Positions 1 through 54,511 of a stretch of DNA of 64,000 nt are shown piece after piece; positions within the stretch are counted from its first letter, which is position 1, and the number at the start of each line of letters is the position of its first letter. The position numbers and the translations under genes are program-made. The notes below the pieces were generated by a model. The model saw only the letters and a list, made by a program, of their open reading frames with translations. It was not told where the DNA came from and did not search any database. Source of the stretch: Chrysomallon squamiferum (lineage: Eukaryota; Animalia; Mollusca); NCBI GenBank assembly GCA_012295275.1, contig CM022672.1:31124001-31188000 (forward strand), read 5' to 3'.

Positions 1-729
1 TTATTAATTTCATTAGAATATGTTCTGGAAAAAGAAAATAAATTAATATAAACCCCCACCCCCAAAACCCCAACATTTTGTGAATTAAATTTTAAGGCAT
101 AATTCTTATAAATACACTTATATATACAAAACGAAAATAGACGCGCTTTTTTTGCTTACAGGGGCACAAACAAATAAATATAATAAATAAATAAATAAAT
201 TTTCAACAAATATTTACCACAGTTGCTATAAAATTAAAGCTTAAAATTCTGAATATTGAGAATAGTAAATTAGTTTTTTATTATCTGTAACGGCAAAAAA
301 ATAAAAATATCTGCGTAAAATATTTCATTAATTATTGGTTATTTAAAACAATCTTTCTCAAATTTTACACAGATTTTCCAAAAAAACAAAAACCCAGCGA
401 ATTAAATAATTTTAGATATTAAAATAAATAATAAATTATAATAATTAAAAATTACACTGTCTTTTATAACATTACAATATTGAAAAAATAAATTTATGTG
501 ATTAGGTACAACAACAACAACAGCCTAGTTGTAGATGCAGCAACGGAAATAAAATAACAATGATTGTGGCAGTCGTAACAGTGGCAGTAGAATTTTTTTA
601 AACTGCAATGATAAAGCATTAACAAATATTAATAAGTACTAAAGTATATTTTCACAATAAATAAGTAAAATTGCGTTATGTTAATAAAATTTAGTTAAGA
701 TTATTTCACTTAATGAATAATATTAACAA

Positions 730-803
<74 letters not shown>

Positions 804-1158
804 TAATAATAGTAATAAATAAATAAATAAATAAATGAAATTAAATAATAATTAAAGAAAGAATGAAAGAAAGATAGAAAGAAAATAAGAAAGAAAGCAA
901 AAGATCCGGAACAAAAGTGAACCCTGTAGAGAGAGCGTGGTTTAAAGCTAAGTACAGTTTTTGACTTCATCAGTGAATTATAAACCAGACTTATACTGAG
1001 TGTCTCCTGGGAAGAGGAAGAATAGAGTCACGTTAAGAACCTAAAACAATTACAGGTGTGTGTATGTTCAGGTGTGTGACCTACATAGTTTTATATTTTA
1101 GAGGACTTTTGTTATAAGAAATGTGGACAAATCCGAGATGATACTCCGAATTTGTGCT

Positions 1159-1197
<39 letters not shown>

Positions 1198-1467
1198 TAA
1201 AAAGTCAAAGAAAGCAATGATTTAAGACTTTAACTCATTTTAAAAAATAATAATAATAATATAATTTAAATAACGGTTAACACATCTTTAAGTACCAAAG
1301 TGTGAACTATAAATATATAAAATCAAATTTATTATCTGAATTAGAAATTTGTATAAATTTAATTTTATACTTGACGATAAATAATTTAGCTCTACCTAAA
1401 TTTTTTTTTTTCCTTTTTTTTTTTATCTCGTTTTATTTATTTATTTATATATTTATTTAGTTAGTTA

Positions 1468-1516
<49 letters not shown>

Positions 1517-1825
1517 GCAGAGCGCTATAAAATAAGCAAAAACAAGAAAAAAAGATGGGGAAAGAATATCTAAGAAAAAAAAAAACAACTAATACCCTGT
1601 ATTTTTTGAGTGAATAGAAATAACTTCGGAATCATTATATGGCTGGCCAACTTAGAACAAAATAAAAAAATAAAAAAATAAATAATGAAATAATGAAATA
1701 ATGAATAACTATTAATAATCATAAACAGTTATGTGGAAAACCCTAAACAATATAATTACAAAAAAGATAGAAGGAAAAAAAAAGAAGATAATAAAGCATA
1801 TAAAATAAATCATAAAACGTTTTTA

Positions 1826-2082
1826 AGGTCAGTACAAGAAAAGGTCACACATTTGTCCTTAAGACCGGCTTATAAAATTATGGGGACACGATCGAGTGAC
1901 GTCATGTTATAGACTGGTTTTCGCCTCAGTCAACGATTCGAATGAAAGGCAAATCTATTAATCCCTATTATGTCCTCTGACTGCTATGTTGAAGTCAAAT
2001 ATACCATTTGTTTCTTAATCCCATAATATCAACGATTAAAATTACCTTTTTTTGTCAGTTAATCTGAATGATCGTTTAATCC
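1826..2082 (+). promoter_or_regulatory. Candidate upstream regulatory cluster of the NR2E gene
   Basis: AGGTCA half-sites at 1826-1831 and 1842-1847, TATAAAA at 1871-1877, CRE TGACGTCA at 1897-1904, TAATCC at 1959, 2016 and 2077. Confidence 0.35.
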
Positions 2083-2969
2083 GGTTATTTGCCAGACAAT
2101 GTTATGCACTGTTCGCTGTAACAAATTACGGATGTGACGTATTATTATAAAGTTACCAGTATAAGCAACTGCTGGGTGACTACTTAGTTACTAATTTGTA
2201 TGCAATGGTTACGTCTTGTAAATTGAATTACGATTGACAGACAACAAGAAAAAAAAAAAAAAAAAAAAAATCTCTTAATTATTTTCATTACCATTTTCCC
2301 TTATTAATAAAGTAAATGGGGGAAAAAAAAGAAGAAAAATGTCATAAATATTATTATTAATAATTATTTTTTCTTTGCTTTTGCTGGCTATACTTTCTTC
2401 GAAACGACGTCTTTTCTCACCATCTTTGTCTCTTTTCATTATTTATTTATTTATTATGAAATAATATTTTTGATTATTTGTTGATAAATAATCCGTACCA
2501 AAATTTTGTTTAAAGTATATGACAGCGAAATACTTGTACATTATTTATTTGTTTATGAATATATGTTCTTTTATGATTTATTTAGATCTATTCATTATTA
2601 TTATAATTTTCTAATTTTTTATTTTTATTTTTGTGTTGGTATTTCATGATTAAGCAAGAGCTGTATAAAGCAATGGTATGTGTTACCTTGGTAATAGAAA
2701 TATATATTTTTTTAATATAAAATCTAACACAAAATATTTTCCCTTAGAAACTGTTTATTTGAGAAAAATCAAAATAATATCTAATGATAACAGAAAGTTA
2801 TGGCGGGTATATTGCAAACAACACTTCGTCTAAAATTTAATGGGCTTCATATAACCAGCGACGGGATTCAAAATGGCTTCCAATAAACTCGTATTATTTC
2901 AGAAACATTAAATAATTATCCAAGTCTGTTGTAGTAGTAATACTTGCGTTAAAACTAAAATCACCGCCA

Positions 2970-3470
2970 ATGTCGGGTGTTTATTTTTCTTTGGCATTAC
3001 TGATAAAATAAACTTTTTTTTTTTTTTTTCTTTTTTCAGTCGACATTAATCAGATGATGAAGAAGCCAGACGCGTTGTGTTTGGTCTGTGGAGATAAGGC
3101 GTCAGGAAAACATTATGGCGTCCAAAGCTGTGATGGTTGCCGCGGCTTTTTCAAACGTAGCATCCGCAGAAACCTCGACTACGTCTGCAAAGAAAATGGA
3201 AACTGCGTCGTGGACGTCGCAAGACGAAACCAGTGTCAGGCGTGCAGATTCCGAAAATGTCTCGATGTCAAAATGAACAGAGATGGTAGGTTATTTAATA
3301 TTATTGCAACAACAACAACAACAGATACTACTACTTCAGTTTGAATTGCAGCTGCTACTACTGCTACTATTATTATTACTACAACTACTATTTTTTTTTT
3401 ACTGCTGCTAGTATAATTTTTTATTACAACTGCTACTGTTATTATTTATTTATATATTTATTTATTTATT

Positions 3471-3535
<65 letters not shown>

Positions 3536-5686
3536 CGTGATTATAATAGTTCTTAATTGTTATTATTGGAGATTAAATTTTTGTTTTTTCCACATTTAAT
3601 AAAATTTCAAATCATCAGGGTTATGCTAAATCGAACAAACAAATTTCAAAAATTTAATTATAATACATAAAACAATCGAATTTAAAATAAAAAATACCTA
3701 AATTCATTAATAAGTAATTATATTACGTTTTAACAGCAATTTAAAAATTATTTTTAAAAAGTAAATCATATTTTTTTTTTTTAAACTTCAGCATATACTG
3801 TATGAAATGGTACTGAAATTATTTAATATATAAATAACATAAGAAACAGATTATTTACTGTTTGGTTAAATAATTGTTTGTTCAGATTAACACACATTAA
3901 GCAGACTAATCTACGAAAGTAAATAATCATTCTTGATTAAAAAGACACAACTTTATATAATTCACATTTGTTGAAGTCCTTTACTTTTTTCTTTCTTTCT
4001 TTGTGCTTGCTTTCTTTCTTATTTATTTTTACTTTATTTTATTTATTTATTTATTTATATATTTATTGTTGTTGTTGTTTTGTTTTATAATTTTGAAAGT
4101 ACGACTTTACATTAAAATAAATGTGGATTAAGCAATAGATTTTACGATTAAAAAATAAAAAATAAACACTTTTTTGTTCTAATAATTTAAGAAATTAACC
4201 GATTTGCCTGTCATTTTCTATTCTGGAACGGGAAGGAACATTTTAAGATGGATAGTAATAAATTACGATAAAACCAACTACGTCACTTGATCTCAAATAT
4301 TTAGGATATAAGGCGTTTCACCTCGTCTGGATTTTCTGACCCGCTCACCCGTATGTTCGGTGTCTGAACATGTAGATTTATCACTGGCGTTTTATTATTT
4401 CAAATATAAAAATATTTTTGAACGTAATAGACCGACGTGCAGTTTGTTTGTGTAAAGGATTAGAAGTTAAATGATAGAGTAGTTGAAGCGAGCAAACTAA
4501 TTCAGCTGCTTTACTCCCAGGTAGTGTTTGGTTTCGCCCAGCACGTGACCTGCGCGTGCCGCATGTAGTTCCTCTTCAAACAGTTAATATGTAACTTAGC
4601 GGCCATTTAGATCGGTAAAAACATCAAACCCGTTATAGATGAATCAACGAAAAAGACAAACCTTTTTCAACCAGCAGAAAAATAAATAAAGAAGAAGAAA
4701 AGAAAAAAAGATTAAACAAAAGAAACACACGACTTGTCGTCTGTCAAATCTCTTTACCGCACGTGACTTTGTGACATTATCTAAAATTAGAATAGAAAGA
4801 AGTTGTGAGAAATATCACTGAAACTGCGAGAAGGTCTTTGAATTATTAACCAGAACCAGTTTAGTATTTTGTGCTGAAAGCAACATCTTCTTCTTCTTTT
4901 TTTTTTTTTTTTGGTGGGGAAGCGGTTTTCGTTTCACATTAAATCTACCTGTTTACCAACCATCCACGATCTCAATCAAACCGACGTCTGCTCGAGTACG
5001 GTTTTCCAAAAGACGTATAGTGTGTCTAAATCGTGGGAACTCGGCAGAGCTGTGTGTTTGGTTTGGTTTCTAGCTATCCAGCCGGGTGCTTGTAAACGAA
5101 GAACCATTTCAAAACGTCATTGATTTTAGTAACGCTGTGACGTTTTCATCTCGCCGAGTTAAGTTGGCGACGTGATTTTGTGAGCGCAGACTCGACGAGT
5201 TTCGTTTGCAGACATGTCTGATTTAATATGTTGGTGATTAGTACTTTGTATGCGAGTCAATTAGCCACACACCACATGTTATTCTTCCGTCTCTTATCGG
5301 ATCTTTCGTATCTGTATTTTGAGATGATAAAAATCTTCTAGAGGATTATACTCGTTTAAAGAGATATTTTACTTTATTTCGAGGTGTCGCCGTTCTAATG
5401 GAATCTATGATACAAGCGTTAGTTGTGGATAGAAATATTATTACTTCATTATTTATATTCCTTTATAAATAAATAAATAAATAAATAATCTAAGAAAAGT
5501 TGAGAAAATGTGGTTAATTTTACATTGTGTTTGTGTTGTGTGTATGCAATATAAACATATTTGCAATACTACACATCAGTTCTGCACTTAAAAGGTATAA
5601 CACATGTAGATATAAATAGTTGAACTATTAAAGAAAACTCGTTTTGATCTAATCTTATGAACTTAAGCTAATTTATTTCATTAAAA

Positions 5687-5729
<43 letters not shown>

Positions 5730-6579
5730 TCGCAATGTTTAAATTGCTTCTTTTCCGTAACTAATTTTAATTACATTTCAGTTACATCATTAAACAGTGA
5801 AAATGGCGCCTACATAGATTTCGAATGTAAAATATATATAATATATCTATATAATTTACAAATATATTTTCTAATACATAATGAACAGAACTTGTTTATG
5901 CATTATGATAATAAAACAATGAAAACAAACAATTTACAAAAAACAAAAAAAAAACAATTATATTCAGATCAGGTATAAGAAGATATATATTGTTATTGAT
6001 AATTCATTGACAAGTAATTCCGTGAAGAATTTTAGAGTGTCTGTAATCCCACAAGTAGTTAATTTTAATTTTAATTTTAATTTTAATTTTATCCAACTAT
6101 GCAACCGTGAGTCCTGTTTAAATGCTGTTTTATTTTACCAATCCCCGCAATGAAGTTTATAAAACGTAAAAAAACCTCTCTAACTTAATTTATTAATTAA
6201 GCTTTTGTTTCACGTATGCAAACACAGACCCCCCACACACACAGAAATACACATACGCACACACAAACACAGACCCCCCACACAGAAATACACATACGCA
6301 CACACAAACACAGACCCCCACACACACACAGAAATACACATACGCACACACAAACACAGACCCCCACACACAGAAATACACATACGCACACACAAACACA
6401 GACATACACACACAGAGAAACACATACACACACACATACATACATAATCACAGACACAAACATGCACACATACACACACAAACACAGCAACAAACATGCC
6501 CACATACGCACACTCAAAAACACACACTCATCAAATGAAGACTGACAGCAATTTACAAACGTTGAAGTGTTGATTCACG

Positions 6580-6614
<35 letters not shown>

Positions 6615-7603
6615 TTTTTGAAATTTGTTTTGTTTTCCCAGCTGTTCAACATGAACGCGCGCCGAGGTGCTACCAGTACAAACACGACAGTCCTGAAGAA
6701 GCGAGACTGAGCGAGGACAAACACCTGTACACGCCCTTTGCAGACTACATGGACAGATCACGGTATTCCGCTAATTTACTCTGTTACATAGGATTCGTAG
6801 TATTTATACAGCCTGAGTCCTTAGTATTTTCTATATGAATTTATAGCGAATAACATTTTGTTATGGATCTGTGTGTATTCTGTTTGAATTTTCGAGGCAG
6901 TACTAAATCAGACTTTTCGAAAATATGTTCTCTTGATCTTTAGGAATTATATTTGAATTCAGAAGTTAATACTAAAGTTGATTTTCGTCAAATGTCATCC
7001 ATAGAGAAAGTACGTACTCTGTTTAAATTTACAACGTAATACTCAAGTAGGCTTTTCGACAAATATGTTCTGTAGATCTGTACATTATATTTGAACTTTC
7101 ATCAGATATCTTCTGTAGATCTTTAGGTATTCTGTTTGAATTTACAACACAGTACTAAAGTAAACTTTTCGACAAATATGTTCTTTGGATCTATATTTGA
7201 ATTTACAACGTAATACAAAAGTAGAATGTACGTCAAAAATCTTCTGTTTAATTTATTCTCCTTCTCTTACGGTTGTGCAATTCTTAAATAAGAATATTTA
7301 ATGCCTACACTGTATTTTTGGTTTATGTGGCTAAGTTAGGTTAGTGATGCATTTCGATGTACTTAGTTAAATAACCCACTGAATTTTCACTTTGTTCCTT
7401 GCGATGGTTTTATTGGCAGCTTATTAAGCAGTTCATTAAAATGTTAAGAACAAAGAGACAAAATTACTAGAAAAAAAAAAGAACAACAAAAAGAATCCCC
7501 CCCAAAAACAACAACAAAAAACAAATATAACAAAAGCTAAATAAATAAATAAATAAACCAAAACCAGTCTTTTTTATACGATAGTAATTTAAGATTCGCT
7601 TAT

Positions 7604-7641
<38 letters not shown>

Positions 7642-8428
7642 AAGGAATATAACATATTTACAATTATTAAAAAACAACCTAGATAACGTTCTCATAGGTA
7701 GAATAACAAACAGACAAAATTTATTTTAAACGACGTAACCTTCCAGATACGACTACAGCCAGTACTCAGGCTACAGCCCGCCGGTTGCCATGGCGCCCGA
7801 ACTGGGCTACGCGCCCTCGCCGATGTTCTCTCACCTTCACCTTCACATGACCGAGCAGAGACGAAGCAACGGCTTGCTAACGAACGGGATGGCGGCGCCC
7901 GGGCTGCCCGGGGTGCACTACGTCCACCACAACGTCAGCAACAACCACACCTCCTCCTCCTCCAGCGACAGCAGCAAAACGAGCATGAACGAGAGTCTGA
8001 GCAGCAGCGTGGCCAGCAGCACGGAAAGCGACGCTGAAGTGAAGAAGGCGGAGGCGAAGGAGAGGGACAGTTTACCCTCCACCCCCTGTAAACCCGCCTC
8101 GACCAGCCCCGCGCGCAAGAAAAGAGATGACAGCTTAAAAGGTTTGTTGTTTAAAAACAGTTTTAAAGTTCTGTTTGATTTTTTTAATTCTTAATTGTTT
8201 CTTTTTTGTTTTCCTTGATCAGTGTGGTAATTGTGTATTTTTTTATTATTATTATTGTTGATGTTGTTGTTGTTGTTATTGTTATGATTAGGGTTGTTTG
8301 TTGTTGTTATTATAACTTGTTGTTGTCGTTGTCGTTATTGTAATTGTTATTATTGTTATTATTATAGTAATTATTTTATTATTGTTATTATTTCTACTAC
8401 TACTACTACTACTATGTTGTTATTATTA

Positions 8429-8486
<58 letters not shown>

Positions 8487-9643
8487 GCAACTATCAAGGC
8501 CTCAAAATCAACTCTTACATGAGTATAAAGTGAGATACATACTCACTGATTAAAAAATCATATTAATCTTCTTTTCAGTGCAAATTGTATATCGTCACTA
8601 CTACTCCGTTTTATAATTTTTACTGATTTAAAAAAAAAAAAAAAAAAAAAAAATTCTGTTTCAGAATCGCCAATGCTGCGCTTGGAGGGAATTCGTCAGC
8701 CCACCGCCATGTCCACACCTACGTCATCACTTCACACGTTTCCCGTTCCAATACCAACGAAACTAACTCCTAGGAGTGGCAACGGACATTTTCAGCACTT
8801 GCCGTATCCCCAGATGTTTCATTCTATGACGTCACCCAGTGACCACAGTGTATTTAACGCAGCTACCGAAAACATTTACGAAACTGCGGCGAGACTTTTA
8901 TTTATGTCCGTGAAGTGGGCTAGAAACATCCCGTCATTCCTGCAGCTTCCGTTCCGAGACCAAGCTATTCTTCTGGAAGAATCGTGGTGTGAACTTTTCG
9001 TACTTAGTGCGGCTCAATGGTCTCTACCCATAGATGCTGGTAAAACCGATAATTATCATTATTAATTAATTAATTAATGTGTTGTTGTTATTATTATTAT
9101 TATCAGTTTTATTTATTTACTTTTTTGATATTTTATTTATTTATTTATTTATTTATTTTTTGTTTGAAGTATTATTCCATTGTTAAGTATTACAAAACTC
9201 AGGAACATTAAAAAAAATTCGCTATCTATGATCAGTGCATTTAAATACTTTTAGGAACTGATTGTTTCTGAATAACGTAAAAAAAAAAAAAAATTGTCTT
9301 AAATCTTCTACGAAATGTTTTCTATTTGTAAAATACTTTGCAGAATGTAATCACCGAACATGTATTTTGATATTTTTTTGGTGTGTAAAAACACTTCACA
9401 GTTAAATTAATATCGTAACTCAACATTTCAGCATCACTTCTGGGAGGCGGGGAGTTTTGCCCCGATTCACAGAACAGCGACAAATATTCACTGGTCGTGT
9501 TGCAGATTCGTACCCTTCAGGACATTATCTCCAGATTCAACATAACCCGAGTGGACGCAACGGAGTTCGCCTGTCTCAAAGCGATCGTTCTTTTTAAGTC
9601 AGGTCTGTTATTGCTCTGTTTTCTATGTCATTTTAAGCAATTT

Positions 9644-9729
<86 letters not shown>

Positions 9730-9748
9730 GTGTGTGCGTATGTGTGTG

Positions 9749-9822
<74 letters not shown>

Positions 9823-9824
9823 CG

Positions 9825-9905
<81 letters not shown>

Positions 9906-10511
9906 ACAAAAAGAGAAAGAGATACATACAGAGAGAGAATGAGATAGCGGAAAACAGAAATACGCACACGTACATATAAAGAGACAGTTAAAATAAGAAG
10001 AGCAGAGAAAAACAGACAGATGGAATGAGAGAGAACAGAGAAAGAGACGCAGAGAGATACAGAAAGAGAGATAATTTAGAGTAGAGAGAGCCAGTTAGTT
10101 TTTATTTTCAAATAATAACAAACGTTAGGCGTGGCAGCTAATTCTCATTAAGTTTTAAACAAAGACACATGCATAACATTATAATAATATCCTTTTTCTA
10201 CGTCAACTGTTCTTTTAATTACCCGTTGAACAACATTTCAGTCTTCGTTTTTTTTTTCACTCGTTACAGAAACGCGAGGTTTACGAGACTCCCTCCAGGT
10301 GGAGACACTGCAGGACCAGGCACAACTCATGATGAATGAATACACGTTCACGCAACATCCGGCGAGCAAGACGCGCTTCGGGAAGTTGCTACTCCTGCTT
10401 CCGGCCCTGAGAACAATTAGTGCTCGTACAATCGAAGATGTATTCTTCCGCCGCACGATAGGAAGTATTCCTATAGAGAGACTGTTATGTGATATGTTCA
10501 AGTCCAGCTGA
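2970..10511 (+). CDS. NR2E6: NR2E-subfamily nuclear receptor, photoreceptor-specific nuclear receptor (PNR/NR2E3)-like, probably NR2E6 type; ~518 aa, 7 coding exons
   Basis: Exons 2970-2976 (tentative ATGTCGG), 3040-3285, 6642-6762, 7747-8141, 8665-9039, 9432-9602, 10270-10511. All introns are GT-AG and phase-compatible (1557 nt total). DBD: [61 protein letters not shown], followed by T-box [13 protein letters not shown]: [20 protein letters not shown]...[21 protein letters not shown], typical of NR2E. AATAAA at 10811-10816. The family call is secure; the exact paralog and first exon are less so. Confidence 0.9.
3040..3285 (+). CDS. NR2E exon encoding the whole C4 zinc-finger DNA-binding domain
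   Basis: Polypyrimidine tract plus ttcag acceptor at 3038-3039; donor G|gtagg at 3286; both zinc fingers are in frame. Confidence 0.95.
6215..6420. repeat. ~46-bp CA-rich minisatellite
   Basis: acacacaaacacagacccccacacacagaaatacacatacgc, about 4 copies. Confidence 0.85.
6860..7240. repeat. Degenerate minisatellite in NR2E intron 3
   Basis: Recurring ttttcgacaaatatgttc...gatct...tttgaatttacaac...tactaaagt units. Confidence 0.7.
8665..10511 (+). CDS. NR2E ligand-binding-domain exons (8665-9039, 9432-9602, 10270-10511)
   Basis: Signature [35 protein letters not shown]; [12 protein letters not shown]; [10 protein letters not shown]; terminal LLCDMF. Confidence 0.95.
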
Positions 10512-10855
10512 TTCGTTCAAAGCGAGGCAGATAAAAAAAAACTGACGATTTAAAACGTGGTTAATTTATTATTATTTTTATTATTATTATTATTGTTATT
10601 TTTATACTTTCTAATTATTATTTTGTTATTAAAATCTGTTTTGTTTTTTTATTTTATTTTTTTATATTTATTTACTTATTTGTTTAGTATATTATTATTA
10701 TTATAAAGATGTACATAATCGCTGTATACGTACGTACGTGTATTTGTTTGTCAGTGTTGTTGTGAGCTAATTGTTATATAAACCGTACTACGGTATTCTG
10801 TATAGAAGACAATAAATACTTAAAACAATACTGTCATCATTTCAAACAACCTTAT

Positions 10856-10945
<90 letters not shown>

Positions 10946-12011
10946 TGTGTGTGTGTGTGTGTGTTTCGGCAAATGATTGGACATAAACAGCGACCCTTTC
11001 GGCGAACTAATGTTTATGGTGTTTTAAAACGATAATAACTACAGCAGCAACAAGAGCAACAGCAACAACAACCACAAAAATAATGACCAAAAAGTAAGTT
11101 TGATTAAAAGTGATTAAGCGAAAAGTGAAAAGCAGCCGCAAAGTTCACGAAACAAAAAGAATATAAAATACGGTTTAGACAGCGTGTATATTGGGTATAT
11201 CTGACAAGTTGTCTAAACCGTTTTTATATTCTTTCCGTATAATATTTTTAGATAATATTTAATATCACCACAAACAAATATCACGACTGAAAGCCGAAGA
11301 ACGCGAGCAAGCTCTGGGTATGGTTCTAATTACAATCATACAAACCATTATCGCAAGCACTTTTTTTTTAGTTGCCCCTGCACACACTAATGGCGGCTAG
11401 GCCAGACGTCACAATGTGCAAGAACCGACAGACTCAGGCTGAGTTATGATGACAGGTATTGGCGCACTGCGCATGTCCGTTATCAGTAAATTAGTGACGA
11501 ATGTCAAAGGTCACTGGGTTAAGTACACAGACAGTTACTGCAAGGCCGCTTAAGAGTCCATGAATAAAGTCTTTCTAACAGAAACACACACAAATTGAAA
11601 ATGGGATTGACCCAAACTATATCACGTTTTAAATTTAGTTTAAAAACAAAACTGATCTGAGTATTCGGCTCAGTTTCACAAAGATTATTTTATCGTATTT
11701 GATCTGCAATGGCAGTAAAAACAAAATCGTTGTCAAATCATTGAATTTTGACTAGTAAAAAAATCGTTTTCGCCGTCGTTTTACCCCCAAAACGGGTCTG
11801 TATCTGAGAAAGATTTGTTAATCTAAAAAAATAGCCATATTAAGATGATTTTGATACAGTAACAGACATTTAAAATATTAATTTCATAATTTGGTTCAGA
11901 ATTGAAAGATAATTATTTCCGAACACGAAATGCCGTCTGAACATTTGCGGTTTTGACTAAACTTTTTATATTATTACCTTGTTAAGTAGTTAATATTTAT
12001 ACAGCAGGATA

Positions 12012-12322
12012 CAGGTACCGGTCCAATTATCCGGACTCCTTGGGGTCTGAGGCATACCGAATTTCTGAATTTTTCGGTTTTCTGGTACCAAAGCATCTAA
12101 ATACGTAAATAATTAGGCATGAACATTTTTGAAATTAAGAACACAAAGAAAATTGACCATACACATCTGTGGCGACTCAACACGTAAACAATACGGCGAG
12201 GAAAGAGTAGTTCCGGTCTGGTGAGGACAACACCCGCGCACGCGATCTTTGAAAATGGCGTCGGAAAAAAAGTTCCGGTTTTCTGGTCTTTCTTGATTTC
12301 AGGATAATTGGTCCGGTACCTG
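12012..12322. mobile_element. Tc1/mariner-pogo-type MITE
   Basis: TIRs caggtaccggtccaattatcc / ggataattggtccggtacctg (1 mismatch), flanked by TA on both sides; no coding capacity. Confidence 0.85.
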
Positions 12323-12526
12323 TATAAAAACAAGATTAAAAATTATCTTCTTCTTCTTTTTTTTTTTCTTCACTATGTAATTTGATTTCTGTGTTGAGAG
12401 CCACCAACCCAAACCGATATTGCCCTGAACACTCCCGTCAAAGTCCAAATCTCGATCTCGAATTTTAAATAGGTATCAAAGTTTATAAAAACAAAATTAT
12501 TGCATTTTATTCTCAAAAGGACTAAT

Positions 12527-12582
<56 letters not shown>

Positions 12583-13388
12583 TAAATAAATAATCTGATA
12601 TGGAAAATTCTGGAATCTCGGTTCCTCGATGATTTGTTTTATAACCAGTGTTCACACAACATAACAACAACAACAACAACAACAACAATAACATAAATAA
12701 TAGTAATATAAAATAAAATAAACAACAACAAAACTTTCGACAATGTGTAGTTATTATATTTTATTTAACATAGTAATATTTACAATTTTCTTCCATTTTG
12801 TTTATTTGTTAAAAAAGCTAATAATAATAATAAAAATTTAAAAGATCAGTCAGTCAATTGAAACATGGTCTTCTTCCAAGTCACTCTGCAAACACAAATC
12901 TTTGATTTATGAATGGAAACTGAAAACAAGCATGATGCACTCATCCATGGTCATCAGAAATTATTTTCAAGGACAACTCAGATAACCAGAGAAGAAACCC
13001 CTGCCTCCATTTCTACTGTTAATCTTTTTCTGCTAGCAGTAACAGGCAGTTTATACACGCCTTCCCACAAACAGTATAATACATCACACAAAAAGGATGA
13101 ATTTAAGTAACACAAATTATATAAAATTTCAATAATTATAACCTTTACTGAAACTAAAATAAAACTGTTGAATATATTTACACTGAAACAGTCCTGTAGA
13201 TAGCAAAACTTGTGACAGTAAAGAATATTTTTTGTTTAGATTTAAAGCCATATTAAAAACATTTTAAAATTTTTATTTCATTTAATTTGTTAAATCCTTA
13301 TCAGTGACATCTTTCTATCTACAGTGTATGTAATAAAGTTTTCAGTCCTGGTTTATTAAAATTTGTGTATTTTTTTATTTTTATTTTT

Positions 13389-53202
<39,814 letters not shown>

Positions 53203-53471
53203 TACGCTGGAGTTCACGGAGTCAAATAAACATTAATTAATTTTTTTAATTTTTTTTTTTTTCCTTATCTGCAGTCGTGACCCGAGTTTCGTAAACAATG
53301 TCCTGAATAAAAGAATGGAATGTCTCTTTTAATAACAATAATAATAATAATAGTAATGATAATAGTAATAATAATAGTAATGATAAAGTAATAATAATAA
53401 TGATAATAATAATAGTAATAATAATGATGATGATGATGATGATGATAATCGTAATAATGATGACGATGAAG

Positions 53472-53503
<32 letters not shown>

Positions 53504-54191
53504 AATAATCATAATAATAATAACAATAATAATTAATAACTAATAATAAATAACAATAATAATAATAATCATAATAATAAAAGTGATAATAATAATAATG
53601 ATGATGATGATGATGATGATAATAATGATGATGATGATGATGATGATAATAATAATAATGATAATAATCATAATAATAATAACAATAATAATTAATAACA
53701 ATAATAATAATAATAATGATGATGATGATGATTATGGTGATGATGATAATAATGATAATATTATTGGTAAATATAATAATGATGATGATGACGATGATGA
53801 TGACGATAATAATAATAATAATGGCAAGGATAATAATAATGATGATGATGATGATAACTTATTTTTAAACAAAAATATCAAAAGTAAGCAAAAATAATCA
53901 ACAACAATACTGAAAAGAAAAGAGAATATATTAAACACAACATTACTAATTAATAATTTAACTTTTGAAATTCTAAATCATTTATCCTAAAATAATGACG
54001 ACAACATTAAGGAGAAGAAGAAGAAGACAAAGAAGAAGAAGAAGAAGAAGAAGAAGAAAAAGAAGAAAGGAAAGAATAAATAATTAATTTTTCTTTAAAA
54101 AAGAAGAACTAATATGTAAAACTATCATGCCTGTAAGATCCGAACTATCGCGTTTATCCAACACAAAACAGAAACTGTTTTCAAAATGTGT

Positions 54192-54357
54192 TTCAAGGAA
54201 ATGGCGTGGAAGACTTGACTTCACGTTTGTGTCCTGTTGTTTATCGTGCCAGTAACCTGAGCCGAACAACAATGAGAATTTGTAGCACTTATCAGTTCAC
54301 TGTGGCCTCGTAGATTAATGTTTCGTTGAGTTTAGTGTCCGGTTTCTTTGCAGTTTT

Positions 54358-54388
<31 letters not shown>

Positions 54389-54478
54389 TTATTATTATTA
54401 TTTTAAATATTAATATAATTAGAACAACGTAGAAAATAATCAAATTAATAAAACAGGTCTCTTTCTCTCTCTCTGTGC

Positions 54479-54511
<33 letters not shown>

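Noticed and set aside
900-1080. Short complex segment with cag|gtgtg donor-like sites
   Set aside because: No convincing ORF or acceptor; it could be a UTR exon, but this cannot be supported from sequence alone.
12930-13100. Possible decayed SINE-like repeat, weakly similar to ~15940-16030
   Set aside because: Similarity too degenerate to define ends or family by eye.
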